A stretch of DNA of 64,000 nt from assembly GCA_051294905.1 (NCBI GenBank), contig CM119378.1, positions 20,460,001 to 20,524,000 on the forward strand, written 5' to 3'. A program made the position numbers and the translations under genes. The stretch is from Botryllus schlosseri (lineage: Eukaryota). Shown piece after piece: positions 22,321 to 35,824 of the stretch; positions within the stretch are counted from its first letter, which is position 1, and the number at the start of each line of letters is the position of its first letter. The notes beneath the pieces are model-generated. The model saw nothing but the letters and a program-made list of their open reading frames with translations. It was not told where the DNA came from and did no database searches.

Positions 22321-23684
22321 TCACACTATTACACTTTTGTCTGAAACTTTATCTTAACCATTGGTGTTTCAATTGCGAGCTGCGAGAGGAGTTTCTCTGA
22401 GCGCAAAATGATGAAGTCGTATATATACTTTCCATATCATGAACGGCGATCGGCTGTCGGCTCTATGAATTCTTTCCACAGAAAGAGACTATAAGTCCAA
22501 AAACTTGATTTTAAGGATATTATGGCTGATTTTGCTTCGGCGAAAGTTCGAAAAGTTCAATTTTGAGGCGCCTTATGTTGGCGTAATACATATATCTTCT
22601 CCCTTTTTTGTCATTTATTTTTGGCCTTTTGCCTTCTTTCTCAAGCAATCTGGAACTTCTGAGACGTAGTACATTATTTGTACACATCTTTATCGAAAGA
22701 TTTCTTGAACATGGAACTACTTTAAAGGAAAGCGGGGGGCGGCAGCAGCATATGCTCCCCCGCAACCGAGTAGAAGTAGCAATTTAACAGTCATGTAAAA
22801 ACTACGTCACGTAGAAGTAGATAAAAAAGCAATGATAGTTACTCAAGTCAGTATAGTTTCAAAAAGTGGATTTGGTCGACGGTTCGCGTACGTTTAGCAT
22901 TTAATGGAAGGGAGCGACTTCCGCAATTGCAATGTGCATCTTGGCGGCTAACGTTAAATAACCCAGGACGCTACAAATAGGTGACATTGTCGATGTTGTC
23001 GTAACTATGTTGAGCTACCGTGGTACAAATGCTTTTTCGCCCAGTTGTAATGACAATTTTACTCAGAAACATGATTCTTCCTAGTCTCGAAATTTTAAGT
23101 GTAAAAAGTCTTTTCACCTAAAAAACTGTAAACAGAAGTTGAAGTAGTCGAAGAGCATGTCCATTTTGTGCAAGAAGTACAAATAAGCAATGACTCTTCG
23201 AGCACTCGAGAAAAGTATAAGTACTGCGTTACTAACCACTGCTGAGTGCGAGCGAGAATTTTACAAAACTCCTCGGCAAATCCTACCCGCGAACACCCGA
23301 CCGGCGTGAGCGGCGCGAACAATATCGAGAATTTCCGAGTCTAATGATTATGAAAGAGCTTTTCCCAGGCGCTCCATTGCATTATTAATGCGTCGGCATG
23401 AAGAGAAGCGGCTCTCGTTACGCGAGCGCGAAGTTCTAGCCGCAGTTTCTGCAGCTTTCAATTAATTTAGCAATTCGAATCCATATACAAACGCATCAAT
23501 TTTTAAAGTGAATATGCGCGCGGATGCATCGCGTCCATATACGTACGCTGATATGGGAATGTGTATTTCTGGAGCAATTTTTTGAAATGGACAATTATAC
23601 ACAAAATGCGATCTCCTGCATTAACGCTGACATTTATAGTGCAGGTATCATAATTAAAGGCTGGACTACCTACAACAGACCTGG

Positions 23685-24100
23685 ACAACTAGATGATTTT
23701 AGTTCTATAATTAATCTAATTAAAGTGAAATGCCGGCAATCTAATATACATATAATTTCAGAAATGTTTCTTTGCTTTAATTTTAATCTAATTTTTGAAA
23801 TTTTGTTCTGTCCTGATTCCATTATAAACTTTTTCCTTGTATTTCTGTAAATGCTATAGGAGAACTGTGTAGTGAGAAATGGTTCATGCTTGCTGAACAG
23901 ACATTTGCTATTCTCGTGAGAATGAGAATAAACTACGGCTTGATATGAACGGAACTTCATTCAAATATCCACGTTTTTACGAATTCAGTAATTCTAATTT
24001 TAATCTAATTTAAAACAAAACTGTGTAGCTATAATTCTAATTCCAGTCTAATTTTGAAAATCCGCTTCTGTAATTCCCATTCTAATTCTAATTTGGAGAA
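23685..24100 (+). repeat. Dispersed repeat with TTCTAA-rich end
   Basis: Begins 'ggacaactagatgattttagtt', as does 51055; ends in ctaattctaa repeats related to the 1278-1930 array. Confidence 0.6.
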
Positions 24101-25489
24101 GCTGTACATTTCCTAGTTGGCGAAGTCTAGCACACTACGAATACTCATTTGTGAACTACATTGCCGCCATCAAGCCCGTATGTGTATTGATTTTGGCGTA
24201 TCGTGGCAAGCCCGTTAACCAGTAAGTATAGAGTTATGTAGAGTTGGGATATATTTAGGATCTGCCGCAAGGGACATTATGAGCAGCTTCGACAATTGCG
24301 AACCACTTGGTTGTGATTTATAGCAGGCGCGTCAAACTCAATTTTGACTAGGGTCACGTCAGTATATTGGCTGCTGTCAACGGGTCAGATAGCGATAACA
24401 ATAGAAACTGCTTGATTTCGTGAGAAAACAAACATGGACAATGGCTTTACTGCAGGGTCCTCTGACAGCGGCCGAAATACCTTTCCAAATTGTGCCCCTT
24501 ACATATCTCACCGTTTTGCGTTATATATAACAATGCAGTAACAAAACTGTATTTTACAACAATGCCGATAGGTAGAAACGGGCGAACCTGGTTTTTGATA
24601 GATTTATCTTGTATCTATACTCAAGTTGCGAACGTCAAATCCGGAGACAGGATATTCTTAGACTGATTTCAAGATGGTAAATGTGGAAAATGTAATCTTT
24701 GGTCATATCATAATCTTGATGTATAAATTTTCAAACCATCATGGCTCTCGTGGTCATTTGCATTGATCTGACGGGAAACACATTTGACCGCCGGGCATAG
24801 AGTCTGACACTCTCGACCTAGTACCCAAACACCACATACGCCAGATATAATCGAATCACAATTAAATCCCTATACCGTTTTGTGCAATAAAATGTCCTAA
24901 TCGATAGAAAGTATTCAAATTCAATCACCTTCTCAAACAGTCAAAAATTTATCCCAAACACATATGAATCCGTCAATAGAGTTTGGTTTGACCATCTAAA
25001 ATTGCGATCTCCGTATATTTCCAGTTAAGCCAGTCAATTAAAGATCAAAGTATGGAAGCTTTTACACTAATCCGACAGTCTTCCAGAGGCACCCGAAGTG
25101 TACGTACATGGTTATTAGGATCAAACCGAATTGAACGCCATGAAACTCTACCCGTGAGTACAAAATAACGATGTGAGAGGTAGGCTTACACTACACTCTC
25201 ATGCAGAAGCTAAAATGATCGTAATTAAATTGTATAATCGTAAACTCGTAACTCCAAAGCCAAGTACGCAAGAAACCATTCCTATTAGCACAATCAGTAG
25301 TGACAACAAAATGGAGTAGACGTCGCTCTTGCAGATAGCAGACGGTATTGTTTTCCTTTCCAAAACAAATGTTGTCTTGAACATAGTGACATCATATCGA
25401 ATCTATGATGTCACGGCATTGTCTAAATTGATTTTATACTGATGTCACCCATATGACTCTGCCGATATCTAATAATCATCAATTACCAA

Positions 25490-25745
25490 GATGTAGTAAC
25501 CAAGTCACAAAGTTCCGAGTCACAAGTCAATTTGACTTTTATCGTATGGACTCGCGTCAATCGAGTCAATTTGGGCCTATTGTTCAATTGTCTGTCCTGA
25601 TATACAAAACTTGAATGAACCATGTAGAATGTGTCAAGTCGTATGAATCGAGTCATGCGCAATGACTAGAGAACAAGTCGAGTCAATACACGAATTGACT
25701 CGAGTGAAGTTGAGTCAACGAAAAATCGCGACTCGAGTCATTACA
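25490..25745. mobile_element. GACTCGAGTC-rich element, partial, opposite orientation to 2645-3087
   Basis: caaagttccgagtcacaagtcaa matches the reverse complement of 3047-3070; gagtcaatacacgaattgactc matches the reverse complement of the 2665 unit. Confidence 0.6.
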
Positions 25746-28178
25746 ATCTTGCTAATTACAGATACCGCATGGGCTGAGTCATTATAAAGATTTATACACT
25801 CTTGCTTCTTACACTGCAACGTTAATCTTTTCCAGAAAGCCATCATAAACACGCAGTCTATACCGCGCGACATACTTCTCGAAGAAATATTGCAACGTAC
25901 GCGCGTCACCTATACCAATAATTATAACGCGAAAATAGCAAGCCTTCAAAATTAAATATTCTGGCGTCACTGGAAAGCTCCACAAACGCCACAACACAGT
26001 CCTAATAGAGCGGCAGGCCTACACTGTGAATGAGTTTTTTTCTCGCACAGCTATACGCTATATCTCACGGTATGGCGTCAAGTTGGATATCGATATTTTT
26101 CTTTGTTACGCTCAACTAACGTCCTATTCGAAGTCATAAAAGCATAGTACACTGAAATTCAAAAAATCAGTCCGCTAGTTCAAATGCGAACCGTACGATA
26201 TTCGTCATGTGCGATATAGAGATCCACGCCGTTTTGCCGTACAATTTTGTGCAAGCGTGCAGCGTCATTTGCGTTTACCCAGATACATCCGTAGGTCCGT
26301 CTCGTGTCGCCAGTTATATATAGATCCATAATTTCTTCACAGTTCAACAAGGGGTAAACTCACTAAACTGTACTACACTACATTGAATAGTTGTACTCAT
26401 ACCCCATACTATACTCCTTATCGGTACTATTTGTAGTATTTGACTATGCATCAAGCCTGGTTAACAAAACAAATGTTCCATTTTGATACTGCACAGTGCA
26501 CACGATCTATCAATGTATACTTATACAATACTGCATTAGACATAACCTTGTGGTAGCACAATAGCAACTCTCCCAGATAGCGCGCCTACTCCCGGTGAAG
26601 TCGTCGTATAGAAATAATCGATTTCTACAATTCTGCATTATTGTACAACTTAAATTGAAGCGATCCACCTTCTATTGTACCCTGTTCATCTGTACTATCG
26701 AGAATATAACCACTCAGTACACGCAACGCAACACTTTGCCATATTCAAGGGCCCGCAAATGTTACACATGTTCCCCCGTATACTCATTATCATGAAGGAT
26801 AAGAAAACAGCTCCCTCGACACGCTACACCGACGGGGAACATGGTTTCAAGGTCCAATCAAGTGTCACATCGAGTGCAGAGTACAATCAAGCCACGCTAA
26901 TCGTGGCCTGTTCAAACATTATCAAAACGTCCGTTTTGAAAAATCACATATTAGTTTATAAACGCAACGATAATACAGCGCCGAAGTGTACAACGGCTTC
27001 AATTGCGACAACGGGTTTTAATTGAAGTCCAAGTGCGTGCAATGTATTTGATAGAGTGGATAATAAACCTTCTAAAAAGTATTGCTAAGCAGACACGTAA
27101 TTGAATCAATTCACATCATAAAAAACGTCGAGACCAAAGAAAAGCAATAACTAATCGCCCTTGAGTAGGTCTTTAATCGGCGTCATTTTCGAATTACTTT
27201 TGAAAGAGCCAGGGACTAATTGAATTATCATCGATGGCGTTCAAGCGGTGCAATACGGAAAGAAATTAAAGGCGACCTCTCTATTCTTGCTGCGAACGTG
27301 TGTACGAACAGTCGGGCTTGACTCATGGATGAAAATTTGTGTACCAGCCTACGATACTCAAATGAAATATGCATGACTTTTACTAACAATAATAATGACT
27401 TGAAACAATTATTGTTAACCCGAACAGCGCTGAACACCCAAAAAACGTGCTTCGTGACTTGAAAACCAAATTCTATAAATCAGGGATAAAACTTCGATTT
27501 TACTGCAGATGGAAAGTCATAACATCGTTTAACGCAAACCCCGAACTTCACGATAGGGGACATCTGGAAAAATGAAATAAATCAAAGTAATTCCACGATG
27601 AAATTATTTTCGTATTCAATGCCAATAAAGATAATCGGTTTCTAATTCATCCATTTCAAGTTTACCTCGATGTAATTATTAAAAACGTACAATTGAATCA
27701 TCTGATTTTCTGAAGGTTCTTGCATGTGACCTGTTACTATACAGTCACTCTTTAATATGATTCTGTTAAAATTATGTATTTTAAAGTTTTTTTGCCTTGA
27801 TGTTTCATAGTAATAGTAATCAACAGGGTGTGGTTAATAAACTACGGGCTCGTAAGCTTTATAAGATTTTGAAAGGGTACATGAACTGAACCGACCGCAA
27901 AGGCGATTCCGCACCTAGAGACCGAACGATTCAAACGCACAGTATATATTTCCAATTTGTTTTACGTCTCGACAGAAATTATGATAAATCAATACTTTTC
28001 CCTCATACTCGCAAATATATTCACAACAATGGACGGATTGTATCAATTCCAAACCGCATATACATACAGGGTAGCAATAGAGATTGTTACTGGAATATAT
28101 GAATCAATACTTCGCCGGACTTCTTTTTGCTCTGGCTGACCTGGAACGCGTGTCTGGGGATTTGTAGCCGCCTGTAAC

Positions 28179-29887
28179 GGGTGCCTTTATTTTGTACATG
28201 CAAGCTAATGAAAAGCTAATGAAGCTAATTAAGCTAATGAAAAGCTAATTGAGCTAATGAAAAGCTAATGAAGCTAATGAAAAGCTAATGAAAAGCTAAT
28301 TAAGCTAATGAAAAGCTAATTAAGCTAATGAAAAAGTAAGCTAATGAAAAGCAAGCTAATGAAAAGCTAATGAAGCTAATGAAAAGCTAATTAAGCTTAT
28401 GAAAAAGTAAGCTAATGAAAAGTAAGCTAATGAAAAGCTAATGAAGCTAAAAGCTAATGAAGCTAATAACTATGCTGTAGCACGGGGGCCTTTCGACCCA
28501 CCTGGCGGGAGCAGACCTTTTAACGTGGCCCATTCATTTCAAAGGGGAGTTTGGACTTTGAAAAATTTCGAGCTCGCCTATATTTTAACGTGAGCGACAT
28601 AACTGCCGCACTTTGCCGCGCGTCGCATACCCCAAAACATGCGGCCCTATAGCAAATCACCTATACTTGCTCGGATCGGTCCCAGATTTCGTGTGAGACT
28701 AGTCGTGGGGGGTGTTTGGCCGCGAAATTTTTTAGAAATTTTCCGATTTTCCGATCGGTGCGATTTCTTCACAGGACTCAACTAATTTTGTTGTGAATCC
28801 ATCATCTGGATATTCGATTCCAAATAGGGATTTCTGATTCATGATTACAATAGTGCCTGTTCAGATTCAGACCGACCAGTGGTTGTCAAAATTTTCAACC
28901 TCGCGGCACCCTCTGTAAATAAAAAATAGTCCGTGGCATCCTGGCACAGTGCTTCTCGACCTTTTTTTCGCTAACGGCACCATGCAAACCGGAAGATTTG
29001 ACGGTACCGACAGACATACAGAGGTGGCCCGATCGAGACAAAAGAGGTACCGGCGCGTGCTACAGCGTGCGCCGTTTTGACCGATAGCAGAAAATCGGGA
29101 ATCGAAAAAAATTAAAAAATTATGAAATTTCTGAAAAATCGACCGGGCCCCGAATCGACCGAAGTCCAACTTCCCTATCCTTTAACATGGGGACGAAATT
29201 GAAAACAAGTGTAAGTCTGAAAAAATTTTCGGAAAATTTCTTAAAAAATTTATCGTGCATTTGGAATCGAATATCCAGATGATGGATTCACAACAAAATT
29301 AGTTGAGTCCTGTGAAGAAATCGCACCGATCGGAAAATCGGAAAATTTCTAAAAAAATTCGCGGTCAAACACCCCCCACGACTAGGCTCACACGAAATCT
29401 GGGACCGATCCGAGCAAGTATAGGTGATTTGCCATAGGGTCGCGCGTTTTGGGGTAGGCGACGTGCGGCAAAGTTGCGGCAGTTATGTCGCCCACGTTAA
29501 AGTATAGGCGAGCTCGAAAATTTTCAAAGTCCAATCTCCCTTTTAAAATGCATGGGCCACGTTAAAAGGTCTGCTCCCGCCAGGCGGGTCGAAAGGCCCC
29601 CGTGCTACAGCATAGTTGTTAGCTTGATTAGCTTTTCATTAGCTTTTCATTAACTTACGCGTACGTTTCATTAGCTTACTTTTTCATTAGCTTAATTAGC
29701 TTTTCATTAGCTTGCTTTTCATTAGCTTACTTTTTCATTAGCTTAATTAGCTTTTCATTAGCTTAATTAGCTTTTCATTAGCTTAATTAGCTTTTCATTA
29801 GCTTTTCGTTAGCTTAATTAGCTTTTCATTAGCTTAATTAGCTTCATTAGCTTTTCATTAGCTTGCATGTACAAATTAAAGGCACCC
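28179..29887. mobile_element. Foldback-type DNA transposon (non-autonomous), 1709 bp, ~640-bp modular TIRs, 8-bp TSD CCTGTAAC
   Basis: Left arm 28179-28825, right arm 29258-29887. Termini GGGTGCCTTTA...TAAAGGCACCC. Outer domain of AAGCTAATGA(A) tandem units, non-repetitive inner domain of ~350 bp, 432-bp spacer. CCTGTAAC at 28171-28178 and 29888-29895. Confidence 0.95.
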
Positions 29888-29984
29888 CCTGTAACCCAGT
29901 TACGCTAAATACCAATTCTATAGGAGTCAAATGCGTTTGAATGAACTGTATTTGTTTATCGCGAGGAAAGGAGTCATATTTTGT

Positions 29985-30225
29985 GTTATGTTTTGATATT
30001 CATGGCCTTTCGACTACTGTGGTAATTGGTTATGATTCCATATCTGCAGATGTGTGTCACGGCCCACCTCAAGGCATTTTTAATACATCACTTGTAAAGA
30101 TCAGATGGCATGGATGAGCCTAGATAAACCTCCGACACTTGGGAAGGGATTCTGGACTCGATCTTGATGGGACTCGAACCCGCTACCATGCCATGTGTAA
30201 AAAGCACTAACAATACTCGCGGCCG
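29985..30225 (-). mobile_element. tRNA-derived SINE, plus a second headless body copy at ~30400-30585
   Basis: B box GGTTCGAGTCC (30170-30180, minus). Body 'gagcctagataaacct..acact' and 'tattcatgg..tt.tcgacta' recurs at 30400-30585 with an A-rich (AAAAC) tail on the minus strand. Confidence 0.65.
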
Positions 30226-30865
30226 CGGGTTATGTTTTTACTACTTCCTCGACAACTTATAAAAGATAGTTCTGAATTTTGTAAAGTAGATAGTTGCTTT
30301 GGGGTTTGTTTGCATCACCGTTTTGTGATACATCGTCATAACAACTGGGTGAATATCCTATGTATCGCGGTGATCGAATTTATATTCCAAAAATTACGCC
30401 TTGTTTTGTTTTGTGTTATTCATGGTGTTTGTCGACTATACTGGTCATTTAGACGAGGCCAATCGTCTATATTTCAATTCCGTATCTGCCGACTTGTAGC
30501 GCGGCTCACTCCTCGGCTTTTTCAAGGCATCGCTTTCGCGGATCAGATGCAGTAGGAGGAGCCTAGATAAACCTACAACACTCACACCTATTTTTAGTGT
30601 CACTATTAGTTATTCCGAGATAGATACACTTCGCAATTTCGTAGATTGAAACTTCCGATTTACTGCGATGGGCATGCGACCCCTAAACCGAATCTAGGTT
30701 TAGAAAATACTTACAAAATACGTTTAAAACCTTCACATTCTACTTCTACTTGTACTTGCAATAATTTTGACATGTCTTGTGAACCGCTAGTAACCTGGAC
30801 GTAACTATAAATTTATGACATTACGTCTAGTCGTCTACCTATAATTGTGCATTAATACTGACTAC

Positions 30866-31874
30866 TAGGGATGGTGTGAACCTCTGAAAGGTTCAGGTTC
30901 GTGTGAACGCGAACCTTTTTGAAAGGTTCTGTGTGAACGCAAACGTGAACCTCATGACGTCACGTGACGTCATATTGCTAATTCGAGCCCTATATTTCAG
31001 TGAAGTGATATATTAATGCAGGCCTACGTAGCTGCCCGATACCTATAGCGACGACTTGGGCCACATAATGCCACAATGCTGAAGTACATACTGACTTTTT
31101 AAATGTCGCCAAATGTATCAACTGGGGCAATCAAACGAAATAATAATCCCATAAAATCAATATTTTCCGTCGCTCTGCCAACAATTTCGACGAGGACTTG
31201 CATGGGAATATTAGCTTACGCGTGAATGGTCTAGGTCGGACAGTATATTCGGCGTCTGATAGTTGCTGCGTTGATATTGAGCAGAGTGTAAAACGGGCTT
31301 CTATACTTCCTACCGATATTACCCCATTAACAAGTTATGCAGCAGTGACCAACACCCTAATTTCACGGAATTGGTTTTTATGATACAATAAACATTTGAA
31401 ATCGAGATCGACCCCGCACGCTTGCTACATTTTTTATACAATAGACAACGATGTCAATGTCATTGATTGATTGAATAAGCATCATTCCGCGATTACCTAC
31501 TTGTAGCGTATTTCGTTCTTGATGTTGTGTGAGTGCGGGCCAAGCTCACAGCAGAGAGTCACTAAATATTCACAAACGGAAAACTGGATATTTCGAGCAA
31601 ACTTTTATAACAAAGCAAGTAAAATCTTTGAGATTGTCAATGTGCATGCTCGTTAAGTGTTGATTTTTTATTCTGCCAGCCTCATGCATAGAGTGGCCCG
31701 CAGTTGCAATTCAATAAATTTCAACTAAGATATTATAATGACGTGAAAATTGTGATGTATGAAAAAGGTTCACAGTGTAGAACCTACCAAGGTTCGTTGG
31801 CGAACGTGAACCTCTAAATTTCCGAGGCTCACACACAGAACGCGAACGTGAACCTCACGTTCACACCATCCCTA
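30866..31874. mobile_element. Non-autonomous hAT element, 1009 bp, TIR TAGGGATGGTGTGAAC, TSD CTGACTAC
   Basis: 16-bp perfect TIRs (Ac-like TAGGGATG), subterminal GTGAAC repeats, identical 8-mer at 30858-30865 and 31875-31882. Confidence 0.92.
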
Positions 31875-32005
31875 CTGACTACTCTTAACTACATATTATG
31901 CGAGTTTATGAATCCATGTACGTGTGAACATCCGAAACTTTGGGACGTGAACTTAGAACATGTGACAGATCATCAACCAGCATGCGGGTTGAAGTTAGGT
32001 TCAGG

Positions 32006-32384
32006 TAGGCTTACCATACGTCCTCTTTTAAGAGGATTCGTCCTCTTTTTTGACTTTTTTGAAAGTGTCCTCGGAGGACGCCCTTTTGTCCTCTTTTTTG
32101 AGATTTTGTCCTCTTTTTTGAAAATTTAGGCAGATTTAGAGCAAATTGCGAGTGATATGCCGTATATTAGCACAGAAGTGAAGCTCCGGCGGGTATTTCG
32201 GAGTGAAAAACGGTGATTTCAGCTCTGAGCAGTAGTGAAGACCTTTTTTTTTTTTTTTTTTTAGTCAACCGATCACAAAGTGGGAAAAATTAACCGCTTT
32301 TATGAGAATTTCACTCCGGTTTTGCATGTTGCAAATTTCTGAAAAAGTGTCCTCTTTTTTGAGATCCAAAATATGGTAAGCCTA
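32006..32384. mobile_element. hAT MITE, 379 bp, TIR TAGGCTTACCATA, TSD GGTTCAGG
   Basis: 13-bp perfect TIRs, GTCCTC repeats, identical 8-mer at 31998-32005 and 32385-32392. Confidence 0.92.
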
Positions 32385-34449
32385 GGTTCAGGGTTATAGT
32401 GTCGGCAATATTTGGCAATAAGTCACCTCAGCGTTACATGCTACATTGTCCCATGCAAACCTGTAGATGTTCATTGTGTGCCCTGCTAAATTATCGGGCA
32501 ACCGAGTTTGCAACTCCCATATCAACCACATATGGATTAGGCGAGGCATGGGCTTGACCATAGAACCAAATCCTCGGCTGGCAGATATCGACCAGTACAC
32601 TGCTCAGGCCTTAGACTATATGACTGGATCTGGAACTTGAAACTAATGTAATGACCCAGGTTAAAACAATAAATCCACCAATTTGTATGCGTATCAGCTT
32701 TGAGCAGATAACTCAAGTTGATACATACACAGCGGGGCTTATCTAACCTGACAATTACCGCCGTAAAGGATACGCACTAGTAACGAATTCCACCGTTAAC
32801 GGCAAATTCTCCGCATTCATGAAGTGTCAAAATGATAGTTTTTTCATGAGGATTCTTAGTCTGAATGTTCGAAAGCCTACTGCCCTTTGGCAACGACGAG
32901 AAGTGCGTTTTTCATCGCATCACGTTTTGATCGAGTTGTATTCAACCATAACACTTTCAAAGATTTCAACGCAGCGTTTTCACACCTCTGTTCTATACGT
33001 GTATGGGGATGATGTCAGTTTCACAGTCAAGTGCCGTAGTTTAGTTTGTCGTCGACGAGGCTGTTCACGCGTCGTTGGAAAGTAATTTGTTGGACGCATC
33101 TGTCCAACAAGCCACTCGTGTTAGTGTTGAGTAGCCTATTGACGGCGTTGTAGTGAAAAAATGACTTCGATCGAGGAGACTGGCGTGGGTCGAAATTTGT
33201 GAGATCCGGAGCTACTTGCCTGCGCTCTAAATATGATGCGGTCTCAAATAGAAGTTGAAGGTGTGAAAAAAACTGGAAAATCCATTTTCTTAAGACACCC
33301 ACCGTATTCGAAATACAGCCTAAAGATTTACTTTAAACTTCAATCTTTAATTCGAAACCACTTAATATTGTAGAGCGCAGTCTTCGTGGAGAGCGGTATT
33401 CGTGGCTATAGACATTCAGGTGTATATTGTCGGAAGCATAATTTTATAACAAGGATCCAAGCGAAACTTGTCAATACTACTCGAAATATGTGATTTGGGT
33501 TTTCATTAGAGTGCAACTGATAAGTCCAATAGCAAAGAGACATGCGCAGATGTAGAATCTGTTATACTTTTGTTTTAGTAGGCCGTGATCCACTTCAAAT
33601 TTCTAGTTAAAAATTGAACTGGACAGCTGTCAGTAGCAAGCTCACTGGCACGACCTAGCGGACGTCAATTTGCAAGGCTTGTTGATTGATTAATTAGAGA
33701 GAGGGGCGATATCACATACAATTCGTTTGGTGTTAATCACCGATTCTGACAGTATACGCACCAATAGAGATAAAATGATAGTATAACTGCATTTCTATAT
33801 CCCCCGAGTGAATGTATTATAGTTGTAGGCCAGGGTTGGACTTAGTTTGATTGAAGTCGTTTCGACTCCTTCCTATCTTTTCATTGTATCGCAATCTTGT
33901 GCTGTTTAATCTCATTATATTCTCAATAAACTGAACTGAAACCAAGTATACTATTTTCAAAAAAATCGAAGAGTGTAGATTCAAAATATGACCTTTCATC
34001 ACGGATAAGGCACTGTAGCCTATCCGAGCAAGAACAGAAGTTTACCAATCCTTGTACAGAAGCAGTCTCCGACCCATTCCGCATCGGCTTATATCTCATT
34101 TCGAAAGTAAATTACATTGGCACATGTTTCGAAAAAAGTAATAATACAGCTCAGAGAGTTTTACTAGAGGGCAGTATTAATATGAAAAATATTAGCCAAC
34201 GGTATTAAACACCAACGCACTAAAAAGACAACTGATTCGGCTATGACTTAAACTATACTTGCCTTTGTTAATAATTTGCAGAAGCCTTCATAACATTGCT
34301 CAACGGCTTTATTTGATAGTGATATTGATATCGTGATACTGTTATTTCATGTCAAACATAATAAATTAAAACCAACCGCACACACGATATCAGAACTGAT
34401 CAGATATAGTCAGTAACCAATACTTTTACTTTTTCCGAGTATATTCAAG

Positions 34450-34595
34450 CAGGGATGGTGTAAACCTCTGAAAGGTTCAGGTTAGTGTGAATGAGTTCCT
34501 TTTTGAAAGGTTATGTGTGAGCGAGAACGTGAACCTCATGACGTCACGTGACGCCATAATGCTAATTCCAACCCTACATTTCAGTGAAGTGATAG
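34450..34595. mobile_element. Truncated left end of the 30866-31874 hAT family
   Basis: CAGGGATGGTGTAAACCTCTGAAAGGTTCAGG...catttcagtgaagtgata is colinear with 30866-31010. Confidence 0.85.
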
Positions 34596-35824
34596 TTCAA
34601 TGTGCACTGTGCAGTGTAGTCTGTACACTGTACAGTGTAACCATAGTGTCATATATGGTGTCGACACAAGCAAATCTCACCACCAAATCATTACCTTTCT
34701 TTTTATCTGGAATGCTCTATTACCAAGCCTAGGCCAATAAGGCACTTGTCAGGAATATAGGAGTTTTAACGGAACAGTGACGTTCACGTTGGAATTAGGT
34801 TTATCATTTTTTTTTATCACCACTCGGATTTCTCCGAGTGCCAGAGACCTTTTGCCTCAGAAGCAATACAGTGGTATCATTGCCGCGACGCCAGCTGCAT
34901 GAGCTCTCCCACTCTCGCTGCGCAGCAGCTCTTTTGCTCTTGAGCTACTCTCCCGTTTCGCCAGACAGCATTGTTGCGTCCCAATGCCAATCTCCATAAC
35001 AATAAAAACTTCGAGACTGATTGTGGGGGTTCCACGGCCGCGAGCGGAATAAAATTTATATTTCCGTAATCAGTGCAGAGTCAGCTTTCGATTGATACCC
35101 GTTTTACCAAATTCAATGCTCGGCAAGCCGGTCAGAAATGACCGTCAAATTGCCTGTAGCCAAATGGAAATTGTGACGTGAATCAATTTCACTGAGTCGT
35201 GAGATTTGCTTGTATCGACACCATATAGGACACTATGCTGCAAGTTTTGTACGAAACCTTTTGAAAAGAAGCCTACAACTCCTTTCGGATAGGTTATATG
35301 CGAAAGCTACGGTAACATTTAAATACGACATCGCAATTAAGCAAAACTTTGCAATATAGTTAGGGCTATAGCAAACAAAAAAGCCGCATTTATTTTAAAA
35401 CTTTACCGAACAATCACAATTAGTGGTCTTTAACAGGACTTGGCGAGCTTCACCTTAGCAGGAACAATACAACCGCGAATAAATATCTACAAACTAAAAT
35501 GCAGCATTAAATGAAGTTTCCAATAATACGTTGAGGTGCATAATTATACCGTAATGACATTTAGGTTTAATGCTGATTTTTCATGGTTCACCGGCCCGCA
35601 ACATTTGATTTGAAGTTTTGCCGGTCCGCGGCGTCAAAAAGGTTGAGAACCACTGGGTCATAATCAATGTTCAATGTAAAATTAAAGGTAGTTTAAAAAC
35701 ACACAAATTGAGTTGAGAGTGCAAGCGACAAACCCCACTTCAATACTCCGAAAAAGTAATGTACTTCGCTAATGGGCATTTCTGCGTCTAACTATCTTCA
35801 ATAGAGGCAGGACAAAATATTCAC

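Noticed and set aside
25199-25384. 61-aa ATG ORF with a hydrophobic segment in the Ig1-Ig2 intron
   Set aside because: No credible phase-1 donor after the hydrophobic segment; it ends in a stop and shows no recognisable homology.
28200-28470. Regular short repeats that might suggest a CRISPR array or telomeric tract
   Set aside because: No unique spacers, no cas genes and a eukaryotic context; it is the tandem outer domain of the foldback TIR, mirrored at 29618-29865.
9566-35824. Searched the 26-kb intron for Dscam-like duplicated or mutually exclusive Ig exons and for nested coding genes
   Set aside because: No additional Ig or FN3 exons or convincing nested gene found by eye; small diverged exons could have been missed.
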